A stretch of DNA of 50,708 nucleotides, from contig JAAYKF010000028.1 of assembly GCA_012522535.1 (NCBI GenBank), positions 1 through 50,708 on the forward strand, written 5' to 3'. Position numbers and translations under genes: made by a program. Shown here one piece after another: positions 1-9,184 of the stretch; position 1 is the stretch's first letter, and every line of letters starts with the position of its first letter. The notes beneath the pieces are model-generated. The model searched no databases and was not told the origin of the DNA. It saw nothing but the letters and a program-made list of their open reading frames with translations. This DNA is from Bacteroidales bacterium. Lineage in GTDB: Bacteria > Bacteroidota > Bacteroidia > Bacteroidales > WCHB1-69.

Positions 1-182
1 ATCTAATGTAAATATTTTCAGATTTATTATTGTTTTTACAAATATACAATATTATATTCAATAAAGCAAAAATGAGTTTTATAGAGCAGGCAAACATCAA
101 AGTTTTATTAATAATGTTTCAAAAATATTGACTTCAAGAGTGCAAAATGTGTCATATTGAAAAAATCAATCATTATTTTTCT

Positions 183-190
183 TAATTTTG
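183..190 (+). promoter_or_regulatory. Candidate Bacteroidota sigma-A -7 box (TAATTTTG; consensus TAnnTTTG)
   Basis: Exact TAnnTTTG match. The TTG at 188 that the ORF track uses as a start lies inside this box. The next in-frame start is GTG at 209. Confidence 0.4.
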
Positions 191-208
191 CAGGCTAAAT
201 TAATTTGC

Positions 209-1639
209 GTGAAAAGATTTTGGGAAAGTTCTGATTTTGAAGAAATCAATCCTTTGGTTGAGCGTTTTGAGGCAAGTCTATATCGAGGTGAGCCAGCATA
301 TTTTGATTCTGATGAGTTTTTAGATATAATAGAAACATATTTGATGTATGACTATTCTAAGGCAGCTTATGTTTTAGATTTGGCTATGAGTCGTTTCCCA
401 AGCAATACTCAACTCACACTTAAATTGGCTATTCTTGAAGCCCATAGAGGTAATTTTGCTGAGGCTCATGGCGTTATTCGTTCCATACAAGCTTTGGGTG
501 TGGATAGGGTTGAGGTTTATCATGCAAAAGCTTTAATTTACAGCAAAGAACTCCGCATTGATGAGGCCATTAAGTCGCTAAAGCAAGCTCTGAACTATGA
601 TAGCGATAATATAGAAGCTGTTTTTGATATCATTGAAAATTATATGTTGCTAAAAGATTATCCAGCTGTCATAAAATGGTCGAAAATTTATTTGGATAAA
701 GTTTTTGATGGTGAGATTTTAGAGCGTATTTCAGAAGCTTTTAAGAAAAGTGATGATGATGTTTCTGCGGTGGAATTTTTTTCGCAATATGCCGATAAAT
801 ATCCCCTTAAACATTTTGTGTGGATGTATTTAGCAAGGGCATATTCGCGTTTAGGAATGTATGAAAAGAGTTTGGAAGCCTATGATTTTGGCATATCAAT
901 AGTTTCTTATAGTGCTTCTTTAGTAGTCGAAATGTCTGATGTTTATGTTAAGATGGGGCAAATAGACAATGCTTTGGATTTACTTGAAAGTGCCAGCATA
1001 GAGCCCAACTATTCTGAGGAAATAAGTGTTGCCTTGGGTAAGGTTTATCTACTCAAGAATAACTACAAAGAGGCACAAAGGCATATATTGCACGCCATGT
1101 ATTTAAATGCAGATATGGCTGAACCATGGGGGCTTATGGCTAAAATATACTATGTGCAAAAGGATTATCTTAACGCATATCATTGTGTTTTTAAATATTT
1201 TATGTCCTTGGGCGTTGCAAATGAAGATGAGTATGAAATATCTGGTGCCTACGAATATGTTGTTCTTGCTAAGAGTTTGGATGTTAGTGTGAGCGATTTG
1301 GATAGGTTTTTACACGACATAGTTATAGAATTTCCAGAAATATTAGAATTTGCAGTTGAATATGCCGATTTTCTATTTAAAAATGACAACATCAAAAAGG
1401 CTATTGAGGTGCTATTGAAGGCATTAGAAGAGGACGTTAAAGAGCCAGTTTTGGGATTGTACAGATTGGCTGCCTATTACTATTACGAAAATGAAATTGA
1501 ACAGGGAAATACAGCCCTTATTACTGCCCTCACGGTGGATTACTCAAAAAAGGACTATTTTATCGATTACGCAACCGACTTGATGATGCGTTCGGAGGTT
1601 ATTGAAATTTTCACAGATTTTTCTGAACTAAACTTATAA
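209..1639 (+). CDS. Tetratricopeptide-repeat (TPR) protein
   Basis: Long ORF with repeated A/Y/L-rich helical pairs typical of TPRs (e.g. YHAKALIYSKELRIDEAIKSLKQAL, WMYLARAYSRLGMYEKSLEAY). The start is uncertain: GTG 209 is preferred over TTG 188 because of the overlapping -7 box. Confidence 0.8.
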   Translation: MKRFWESSDFEEINPLVERFEASLYRGEPAYFDSDEFLDIIETYLMYDYSKAAYVLDLAMSRFPSNTQLTLKLAILEAHRGNFAEAHGVIRSIQALGVDRVEVYHAKALIYSKELRIDEAIKSLKQALNYDSDNIEAVFDIIENYMLLKDYPAVIKWSKIYLDKVFDGEILERISEAFKKSDDDVSAVEFFSQYADKYPLKHFVWMYLARAYSRLGMYEKSLEAYDFGISIVSYSASLVVEMSDVYVKMGQIDNALDLLESASIEPNYSEEISVALGKVYLLKNNYKEAQRHILHAMYLNADMAEPWGLMAKIYYVQKDYLNAYHCVFKYFMSLGVANEDEYEISGAYEYVVLAKSLDVSVSDLDRFLHDIVIEFPEILEFAVEYADFLFKNDNIKKAIEVLLKALEEDVKEPVLGLYRLAAYYYYENEIEQGNTALITALTVDYSKKDYFIDYATDLMMRSEVIEIFTDFSELNL

Positions 1640-1641
1640 AA

Positions 1642-2238
1642 ATGAAATACATAAGACAACTTTACGATTGGGTTTTGAAGTGGGCAGAGTCGCCCTATGG
1701 AGCCTTAGCACTCTTTATTTTGGCGTTCGCCGAATCTTCATTTTTCCCCATTCCACCAGACGTGTTGCTTATAGCCTTGGTTTTAGGCTCGCAAACAAAG
1801 GCATTCCGATTTGCACTTATCGCCACAGCAGGAAGTGTTTTGGGAGGTCTTTTCGGATACTATATTGGCTATGCCTTGTGGAATATAGGTGTCGATCAGT
1901 TTTTCTTTGCACATATTCCCGGTTTCACATACGAGCTTTTCGAAAGTGTGAAGCTGCAATATAATGAATGGGGCTTTTGGATTGTTTTTACAGCAGGATT
2001 TACACCCATTCCCTACAAGGTTTTCACCATAGCCTCGGGAGTTGTAGAGCTAAATTTGTTGATGTTCCTTATAGCTTCAACGGTGAGCAGAGCAGCAAGA
2101 TTTTTCCTTGTATCTACCCTGCTTTGGAAGTTTGGAGCCCCTATTAAAACATTTATAGATAAATATTTCAATATCTTGGCCATAGCTTTCACAGTACTTC
2201 TTATAGGCGGATTTGTTTTAATAAAATACCTTATTTAG
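1642..2238 (+). CDS. YqaA/DedA-superfamily inner membrane protein
   Basis: Has the AESSFFPIPPDVLL motif and several hydrophobic helices. Starts 2 nt after the TPR gene stop, so it is probably co-transcribed. Confidence 0.8.
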   Translation: MKYIRQLYDWVLKWAESPYGALALFILAFAESSFFPIPPDVLLIALVLGSQTKAFRFALIATAGSVLGGLFGYYIGYALWNIGVDQFFFAHIPGFTYELFESVKLQYNEWGFWIVFTAGFTPIPYKVFTIASGVVELNLLMFLIASTVSRAARFFLVSTLLWKFGAPIKTFIDKYFNILAIAFTVLLIGGFVLIKYLI

Positions 2239-2405
2239 ATAAGTTGTTGAGGGTTCGTGTGAAAATCAAACACTTGCCTTGTTTTTGAAAGTTCGAATAA
2301 TTTTTAAAAATATTCAAATATTTTAACTCTATGATTATCAGCGTTGTATGCTGAGATTTTGGTCATATCCATTTTATGACATTTGACTTCTTTTGAATTT
2401 TTTAC

Positions 2406-2413
2406 TATTTTTG
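2406..2413 (+). promoter_or_regulatory. Candidate -7 box (TATTTTTG) for the efflux operon
   Basis: Exact TAnnTTTG match ending 20 nt upstream of the ATG at 2434. Confidence 0.45.
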
Positions 2414-2433
2414 TCAAAAAATAAAATTTCAAT

Positions 2434-3831
2434 ATGAATAAGAAACACAACTTATATTTATATATAAGCTTTTTGATGTTGTTTTTTGTTGGAAATCAGT
2501 CAGTTGCACAAAAGTATTCTGTGGAGGAGTGCAAGGAGATAGCTTTGAAAAATAGCTGGCAAATTTCAATTTCCAACGAACAACTCAAGTCTGCTAAGCA
2601 TCTTCGAAGATTGGCTTTTTCCAATTTCTTTCCCGAAATTGAATTTACGGCATCATATGTATATATGAATAAACCAATTCAAGCTTTGCAAGATGATATT
2701 AGTACGGGCGACCTAATTAATGAGCTTCCGGGTGATTGGGGTGCACTTATCCCTGACTTTTTCAATGGATTTGTGCTTTTTCCAGCCGATAGAACTCAAA
2801 TAGGGCAACATCACAATCATCTTTTTAATTTCAGTCTAAAACAGCCCATTTTTGCAGGGGGTAAGATTTTAGAATCATACAAAATGAGTAAAGTGATGGC
2901 AGATTTAATGCAGGTTAATGCTGATTTGGATAGGCATAAATTGCTTTACGAAATTGAAGAACTTTATTGGAATTTGGTAAATATTGAGGAACAAGAGAAA
3001 TTAGTTTTGTCGTACCACAACATGCTAAAAATTCTTTTAAAGGATATGGAAGCCTATTACTCTCAAGGAATTATTGTTAGAAACGACCTCCTGAGGGTTC
3101 AAGTGAAATTGAATGAATTGGATTTGTCGCTTTTTAAAATTCAGAATGGAAGAAAATTGACAAAAATGGCTTTGGCTCAAAAAATGGGAATTGATATAAA
3201 CTCTCCCATTGAGGTTTCTGACGATGGTTTGAAGGACCCCAGTGGTGAAATTTCTCCCAGTGAATATAAGCTTGAAAATGTTGTAAGTCGTCCCGAATTG
3301 CGGCTTTTGCAAAACAATGTAAAAATATCGGAGTCGGCTTTTCGTATTGCCAAAGGAAGTTTTTTACCCACAATTGGGGTTGGAGCCAATTACTTTTTCA
3401 TGAACCCCAATATCCATCGCGGCATTGCCAATGAATTTACCAATGATTATATTTTTGCTTTTCAGGTGTCGGTGCCAATTTTTCATGCTTTTCAGAAGCA
3501 CCATATGTACAATTTAACAAAATCGAATTTGCTTGTCGCGCAGTCCAAATTGCAAGATGCACATCAGCAAATAGCATTGGAATATATTATGGTGAGCAAT
3601 GAATTGGAGGAGACCATAAAGCAGATTCAAATTACGAAACTCACCATGGAGCAGGCAAATGAAAATTTACGAATTTCGCAAGATAGATTCAACGAGGGGG
3701 CATTGCAAACCCGTGATTTGCTGGAGGCACAAGCATTGTGGCAAGAGGCACAATCGCACTATATAGAGGCAAAAGCACAATATAACACCCTGCTTTTGAA
3801 ACAGAAAAAAGCTAGTGGACAAATAGAATAA
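2434..3831 (+). CDS. TolC-family outer membrane efflux protein
   Basis: N-terminal signal peptide (FFVGNQSVAQ). Two-repeat coiled-coil/beta-barrel pattern typical of outer membrane factor proteins. First gene of the RND operon. Confidence 0.88.
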   Translation: MNKKHNLYLYISFLMLFFVGNQSVAQKYSVEECKEIALKNSWQISISNEQLKSAKHLRRLAFSNFFPEIEFTASYVYMNKPIQALQDDISTGDLINELPGDWGALIPDFFNGFVLFPADRTQIGQHHNHLFNFSLKQPIFAGGKILESYKMSKVMADLMQVNADLDRHKLLYEIEELYWNLVNIEEQEKLVLSYHNMLKILLKDMEAYYSQGIIVRNDLLRVQVKLNELDLSLFKIQNGRKLTKMALAQKMGIDINSPIEVSDDGLKDPSGEISPSEYKLENVVSRPELRLLQNNVKISESAFRIAKGSFLPTIGVGANYFFMNPNIHRGIANEFTNDYIFAFQVSVPIFHAFQKHHMYNLTKSNLLVAQSKLQDAHQQIALEYIMVSNELEETIKQIQITKLTMEQANENLRISQDRFNEGALQTRDLLEAQALWQEAQSHYIEAKAQYNTLLLKQKKASGQIE

Positions 3832-3851
3832 TTCAAAAAAACAGATTCATT

Positions 3852-4925
3852 ATGAAAATAGAATATAAAACAGATATGAGAAATATTTTAAAATCGCTAA
3901 TAGTGTTGGGTATAAGTGTTTTAGTGGCTTTTTCTTGCTCTAATAAAAAGGAAGAAACAGATGTTTCGGCTTCGGAGGGTGAAGATAGACTTTTGTCGGT
4001 GGAGGTTTTTGAGGCAAAAAGTTTAGTTTTCACAGATACTTTGGAGTTTGCAGCCACAATATTTCCCAATAGGGAAGCCAATTTGGGTGCCACTTTGCCC
4101 GGAAGAGTGGAAAAGATATTTTATAAACCCGGGCAGTCGTTCAGCGAGGGAGATTTGTTGGTGCAAATGTCGGGCGAAATGCTTGTAATGTCCGAAATAG
4201 AATATACTACCATCGAAAAAGATTTTCAGAGAGTGAGTAATCTTTTGGAAAAAGAGAGTATAAATCAGCAAGATTTCGACCATGTGAAAGCCAAATTTGA
4301 TGCCGCAAAAGCCAAATATGATTTGATGAAAAAGAATACAGAAATAACAGCACCATTTTCTGGAGTTATGGTTGAGCATATTGTTCAAGAGGGCGAAAAT
4401 TTTATGTTTGCCCCCAGCATGGATTTGAATTTTTCAATGACATCGGGAATTGTGAAAATTATGCAGATAAATCCCTTGGTGGTGCGTTTTCCCGTTAATG
4501 AAAAGTTGTTGTCAAAAATTAAGATTGGAACTCCAGTAAAGGTGGTTTGTGATGTGGATGAAGATATGGAGTTTTCTGGTAAGATAAGCTTGATTTATCC
4601 CAAATTAAACACTTCTACACGAACAGCGGATGTTGAGGTGCAGATTCCAAATAGAAATTCAATATTGCGTCCGGGAATGTTTGCCCGAGTTTATATGGGT
4701 GGCGTTAGCACCGAAGGTGTAGGTGTTCCCATAACTTCCATTGTTAGACAGGGCTCGAAAGAGTTTGTGTGGTTGGAAAAAAATGGAATTGCCACGCAGT
4801 TTGAAATAGAGCGACTGGCAATTAATGGTGAGTTTGCTATGGTTTCTAATCTTGAAGAGGGTAGTAGGGTTATTGTCTCTAAAAAATCGCAGTTGAGCGA
4901 GGGTGTAAAAGTGAAAATCGATTAA
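3852..4925 (+). CDS. Efflux RND transporter periplasmic adaptor (membrane fusion protein), lipoprotein
   Basis: Lipobox-like LVAFSC. Biotinyl-lipoyl-like and beta-barrel motifs (ITAPFSGVM, RPGMFARV). An alternative start at ATG 3876 is possible. Confidence 0.9.
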   Translation: MKIEYKTDMRNILKSLIVLGISVLVAFSCSNKKEETDVSASEGEDRLLSVEVFEAKSLVFTDTLEFAATIFPNREANLGATLPGRVEKIFYKPGQSFSEGDLLVQMSGEMLVMSEIEYTTIEKDFQRVSNLLEKESINQQDFDHVKAKFDAAKAKYDLMKKNTEITAPFSGVMVEHIVQEGENFMFAPSMDLNFSMTSGIVKIMQINPLVVRFPVNEKLLSKIKIGTPVKVVCDVDEDMEFSGKISLIYPKLNTSTRTADVEVQIPNRNSILRPGMFARVYMGGVSTEGVGVPITSIVRQGSKEFVWLEKNGIATQFEIERLAINGEFAMVSNLEEGSRVIVSKKSQLSEGVKVKID

Positions 4926-4937
4926 AACTTATTAGCT

Positions 4938-7900
4938 ATGAATATTTCAAGACTCAGTGTAAACAACCCCATAGGTACGGCAATGGTGTTTATTGCCATA
5001 CTTGTTGTAGGGCTAATAAGCATAAGCTCGCTTCCTCGGGATGTGATGCCCGATATGGATTTTCCTACACTTACGGTCATTACTGTATATCCGGGTGCTT
5101 CGCCCGAAGATGTTGAAAGCGGTGTTACATCCCTTTTGGAAGCGGTATTGGCATCTACACCCAATTTGCAAGGCATAAATTCGGTAAGCCGTGAAAACGT
5201 GAGTATTATAACTTTGCAATTTCAGTGGGAATCAAATATTAGCGATGCTGCCAATGATGCCCGGGATATAATGGAGCTTATTAAAAACGACCTGCCCAGT
5301 GCTGCACAGAGCCCATTTATAATGAAGATAAATAGTGCCATGTTGCCAGTGGTGGCGTTGGCAGTGAGTGCCGAAGAAAGTTATGACAATTTCGACCATA
5401 TATATAGAAACATCATATCTCCCAGATTGAGCCGTATTGATGGTGTAGGAACGGTGTTTCCCATTGCTAATCCCGAAAAAGAGTTGCTGATAGAGGTTGA
5501 CCCAGTGCAACTTTCAGCCTATGGGTTGACTTTGCAAAATATCACAGCCATTTTCAAAGCAGAGCAAATGAGCATACCAGCAGGAAGTTTGAAAGTTGGA
5601 GACTACGATCTCTCGGTGAGTGTACCATCCAGCTTGAAAGATTTTCATGATGTGGAAAATTTGGTAATCTCGCAGTTTAACAATAAAGCTGTTCATCTAA
5701 AAGATGTAGCTAAGCTTAATGTACGTCTGAAACCCAAAGATGAAAAGGTGTATAGCGGTGGCAAGCGTTCCATCGCACTTTTTGTGCAAAAACAGACAGG
5801 CTATAATACATTGAGTATCTATAAATCTGTGTTGGAGGAGATGGAGGAGATAAAGAAATATGTTCCTGCTGATGTGGAGATAAGTGAGATATTCAACACA
5901 GCAGATATGATTGAAGAGACCATCAAAAACCTCACCTCAACAGTGTGGTTGGGGGCTATGTGGGTAATGCTGGTGGTACTGCTGTTTTTGAGAAATATTC
6001 GCAGTAGTCTTATTATTATACTCACCATTCCGTTTTCGCTTATTACAGCTTTTATAGTTATTTATCTTTTTGATTACACCATAAATATATTCTCTCTGAT
6101 GTCATTGGTGATAGCCATGGGTATGGTGGTGGACAGTGCCATTGTGGTGCTGGAAAATATCATTCAAAAGATTGAAAAGGGCGAGCGTCCCAGAGAGGCG
6201 TCCATTTTTGGTGCCGGAGAGATGGGTACTGCCATTACAGGCTCTATTTTTACCACCATAGCGGTGTTCGTACCTCTGCTGTTTCTTGGTGGTATTGTGG
6301 GGGTGATGTTCAAGCAGTTAGTGGTCATCACAACGGCCATTTTGTTGGCTTCGCTTCTGGCAGCTCTAACGCTAACGCCCATGTTGTCGTCCAAACTCAT
6401 AAGAGTCAGAAAAAAGGAGAAATCTAAACTATTCCTATGGAGTGAAAGGATGTTTCAAGGACTTGAAATGGGCTATAAAAAAATGTTGGCTTGGGCAGTG
6501 TGGCACAAAACAGCGGTGGTGGTTATTGCATTCTCAATCTTCGGATTATCCATATTTTCCATCAGATTTATTGGAACAGATTATATACCAGAATTTGACT
6601 CTGGAGATATGATTCTCACCTTTCAAACCGACGAAGGAACTGCCGTTGAGAAAACCGAAAATATAGCCATTGAGATAGAAGCCTTAGTAAGGGAACACGT
6701 GCCATATGTAACATCATCGTACATCGTTGCTGGTCAAACCGAAAAGGGCTTGCTCTCTTCCATTGGATTCACCGAGGGTAAAAACTCCGCCACTGTGGGC
6801 TTTAGGTTTAATATGCCCGAAGAGAGGGATTTGAATTCCACAGAAATAGCTTTGGAGGTGGACAAGCTATTGAAGGATATTCCAGAGTTGGACAAATACA
6901 GTGTAGGAGGTGCAGGTGTGCTGTCGGCGGTGGTGTTAGGGAATCAGAAACCAGTGGAGGTGAAACTCTTTGGTAACGATTTTGAAAAATTAGATGAAGC
7001 CATCCAAAAGATAAGTGATGCACTCTATGCTGATGGAAATTTCTATAATATAGAGATACCTTCCAGTAGAAATAAACCTGAGTTTAAATTTGAAGTAGAT
7101 AGAGCCAGAGCCTCCAGTATGGGGCTAAACAATTTATTGATATCGATGCAAATGCGTCAGAGCCTCTACGGAGCTGGTTTGGGAAAAATTAGTCTCGATG
7201 GTCAAAATTTGGGTGTGGTGGTTAAGTACGAAGAAGAGTATATTAAAGATATCGACAAGATAAATAATTTACAGCTTATCAACACCATGGGTCAAAAGGT
7301 TAGAATTGGCGACATAGCCACAGTAGAGCCTGCTTTCACCTATCAAGAGATAGTTCGTGAGGGGCAGCAAAGGTTATTTAGAATTTCTGCCGACATGAAA
7401 AATATATCCTTAGGGGAGGCTTTTCAAAGGGTGCAAGATATTGTTGACGATGCCGGACTGGATGAGAACATCAGTGTTGTATATGACGGTCAGGTGAGCG
7501 AGCAAAGCGAGTCCTTCGACGACTTGGCATTGGCATTTATGGTGGGACTAATGTTGGTCTATATGATTTTGGCAGCCCTATTCAAATCATTAAAATACCC
7601 CTTTATTATATTATTTACAGTACCATTTACCATCACAGGGGTAATATTCGCCTTCTTGCTAACAGGTACTACGCTCAGTTTGGTAACCTTCACCGGCGTT
7701 ATTATGCTCATAGGGGTAGTGGTGAACAATGGTATTATTTTGGTGGACTACACCAATCTGCTACGGGGTAGGGGTCTGCAACTTAGCGAAGCCATACAAG
7801 AGGCAGGACGCTCAAGACTACGACCAGTGCTGATGACTACCATTACCACCGTAATAGCCATGGTGCCAATGGCAATAAGTAAAACAATGGGATCCGAAAT

Positions 7901-8024
7901 TTGGTCGCCACTGGGTATTACTATGATAGGCGGACTGTTGGTGTCCACCCTTATCACCTTGGTATTAGTGCCTGTGGTGTACGCTTTGATGAATTTAGGA
8001 ACATTGAGAAAAGAAAGGAAATAG
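4938..8024 (+). CDS. Efflux RND transporter permease (AcrB/HAE1-like)
   Basis: 1028 aa with a 12-TM AcrB-like layout and two large periplasmic loops. Contains the motifs MVVDSAIVVLENI and VVNNGIILVD. Confidence 0.95.
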   Translation: MNISRLSVNNPIGTAMVFIAILVVGLISISSLPRDVMPDMDFPTLTVITVYPGASPEDVESGVTSLLEAVLASTPNLQGINSVSRENVSIITLQFQWESNISDAANDARDIMELIKNDLPSAAQSPFIMKINSAMLPVVALAVSAEESYDNFDHIYRNIISPRLSRIDGVGTVFPIANPEKELLIEVDPVQLSAYGLTLQNITAIFKAEQMSIPAGSLKVGDYDLSVSVPSSLKDFHDVENLVISQFNNKAVHLKDVAKLNVRLKPKDEKVYSGGKRSIALFVQKQTGYNTLSIYKSVLEEMEEIKKYVPADVEISEIFNTADMIEETIKNLTSTVWLGAMWVMLVVLLFLRNIRSSLIIILTIPFSLITAFIVIYLFDYTINIFSLMSLVIAMGMVVDSAIVVLENIIQKIEKGERPREASIFGAGEMGTAITGSIFTTIAVFVPLLFLGGIVGVMFKQLVVITTAILLASLLAALTLTPMLSSKLIRVRKKEKSKLFLWSERMFQGLEMGYKKMLAWAVWHKTAVVVIAFSIFGLSIFSIRFIGTDYIPEFDSGDMILTFQTDEGTAVEKTENIAIEIEALVREHVPYVTSSYIVAGQTEKGLLSSIGFTEGKNSATVGFRFNMPEERDLNSTEIALEVDKLLKDIPELDKYSVGGAGVLSAVVLGNQKPVEVKLFGNDFEKLDEAIQKISDALYADGNFYNIEIPSSRNKPEFKFEVDRARASSMGLNNLLISMQMRQSLYGAGLGKISLDGQNLGVVVKYEEEYIKDIDKINNLQLINTMGQKVRIGDIATVEPAFTYQEIVREGQQRLFRISADMKNISLGEAFQRVQDIVDDAGLDENISVVYDGQVSEQSESFDDLALAFMVGLMLVYMILAALFKSLKYPFIILFTVPFTITGVIFAFLLTGTTLSLVTFTGVIMLIGVVVNNGIILVDYTNLLRGRGLQLSEAIQEAGRSRLRPVLMTTITTVIAMVPMAISKTMGSEIWSPLGITMIGGLLVSTLITLVLVPVVYALMNLGTLRKERK

Positions 8025-8028
8025 AGCT

Positions 8029-8337
8029 ATGAAGTTTATATATATTACTTTTAACATCACCCTTTTGGGGCAAATTTTAGAGATGATAGATGGCTTTGGT
8101 TTCCAAAACTATCAGGTTTTGGAAAAGGTACTTTCCAAAACTGCTGTGGGCGACCCCAGAATGGACAGTGCAGTGTGGCCCAGTTATAGTGCCGCAGTGA
8201 TAATTCAAGCATGTCCAAATGACAAAGTGGAAGAACTCTATCAAGATATAGAACAGAGAAATCAGAATAGATTTAACGACCAAGAATTTATAAGCTTGGT
8301 GGTTATGCCAGCAGATAAAATAATAGTTCCAAACTAG
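8029..8337 (+). CDS. Small transporter-associated protein, predicted P-II-like (ferredoxin-like) fold; resembles the PG0541-type family from memory
   Basis: 102 aa with no signal peptide or TM segment. Starts 4 nt after the RND pump stop and ends 6 nt before the TetR start. The alternating beta/alpha propensity pattern (MKFIYITF / LLGQILEMI / YQVLEKV / AAVIIQA / VEELYQDI / ISLVVMP) is inferred by eye. Confidence 0.6.
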   Translation: MKFIYITFNITLLGQILEMIDGFGFQNYQVLEKVLSKTAVGDPRMDSAVWPSYSAAVIIQACPNDKVEELYQDIEQRNQNRFNDQEFISLVVMPADKIIVPN

Positions 8338-8343
8338 AAAAAC

Positions 8344-8946
8344 ATGGGAGAAAACAATAATATAAAAAACAATCAAGAAGATGTGAGGCTACAAATAATC
8401 AGGCATAGTGCCCAGATATTTGCCAAATATGGTTTCAAAAAAACTAATATTGATGATATTGCAAAAGCTTGTCAAAGGGGAGCAAGTTCCATATATTATT
8501 ATTTCAAAAGTAAAGAAGAAATTTTCTACGAAGTAGTCCAGTACGAGTTTGTTAGCCTAATGAGAAGTTTGGAAGAGGTTGTTAAGTCCACCTCCGACCC
8601 ACAGCACAAACTCCGATTATATTTGACTACCCGTATGAGCAGAATCAAAAATGTAGCTGTGTTATACGATGCCCTAAAAAACGACTTCTTCGATAGCGTG
8701 AGTTATATTGAAAACATCAGAAAAAAATATGACCAGCAAGAGTTTGCCATCATTAAGTCAATTTTAGATGAAGGGCACAAGCTTAAGGTATTTAGTTTCG
8801 AAAATAGCGATAGCATTGCAAGGGCTATAATGGCAGCAGAACGAGGTCTAGAAGTACCAATCTTTAGCAATAACATAAATATCGAAATTAGTGGCAGAAT
8901 AGAAGAACTTTTAAACGTGCTATTTTATGGTATAATGAAAAGGTAA
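8344..8946 (+). CDS. TetR/AcrR-family transcriptional regulator
   Basis: N-terminal HTH (FAKYGFKKTNIDDIAKACQRGASSIYYYFKSKEEIF). Last gene of the efflux operon. Confidence 0.92.
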   Translation: MGENNNIKNNQEDVRLQIIRHSAQIFAKYGFKKTNIDDIAKACQRGASSIYYYFKSKEEIFYEVVQYEFVSLMRSLEEVVKSTSDPQHKLRLYLTTRMSRIKNVAVLYDALKNDFFDSVSYIENIRKKYDQQEFAIIKSILDEGHKLKVFSFENSDSIARAIMAAERGLEVPIFSNNINIEISGRIEELLNVLFYGIMKR

Positions 8947-9122
8947 TCACTCAATTTTAGCCACTATATACCACTCTTTTTTAGACAAATTCTAAATTAA
9001 CAATTTTTACCATTGTTTTTACCCATATACTGGGAGCGACTTTTTGGGCTAATATTGCATTTAATTCAATTTAGATTGCCCTATTATGAGCTTTTAGGGC
9101 GTAAAAATCAAATAATTTTCAC

Positions 9123-9130
9123 TATCTTTG
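9123..9130 (+). promoter_or_regulatory. Candidate -7 box (TATCTTTG) for ppdK
   Basis: Exact TAnnTTTG match about 55 nt upstream of the ATG at 9185. Confidence 0.45.
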
Positions 9131-9184
9131 CAAAAAAATTGATTTAAACGATTTAGTTGTAATTAATCATCAATAAAATTAAAC

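Noticed and set aside
1668-1964. Same-strand overlapping ORFs inside the YqaA-like gene (1668-1964) and the TPR gene (1107-1292). Similar ones lie inside ppdK at 9957-10199 and 10806-11009.
   Set aside because: They are out-of-frame ORFs nested in well-supported genes, with no independent coding signal.
2295-2315. A near-palindrome GAATA-ATTTTTAAAAAT-ATTC upstream of the efflux operon, considered as a possible TetR operator.
   Set aside because: The core is pure A/T low-complexity sequence, and the arms need a 1-nt indel to pair. It also lies about 100 nt upstream of the -7 box rather than overlapping it.
9078-9100. The hairpin GCCCTA-N11-TAGGGC downstream of the TetR gene, considered as the efflux operon terminator.
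   Set aside because: The stem is only 6 bp with an 11-nt loop, and no T-run follows on either strand. I could not identify a convincing terminator for this operon.
9147-9156. The 10-mer AACGATTTAG is shared between the ppdK leader (9147-9156) and the lacI upstream region (13172-13181). AACGATTT recurs at 13210-13217, and ATTTAGATTGC is shared between 9069-9079 and 13177-13187. Together this could be a common regulator site.
   Set aside because: The motif is not palindromic and its positions relative to the -7 boxes are inconsistent. By my rough estimate, several shared 10-mers are expected by chance among a few kb of AT-rich intergenic DNA on both strands.
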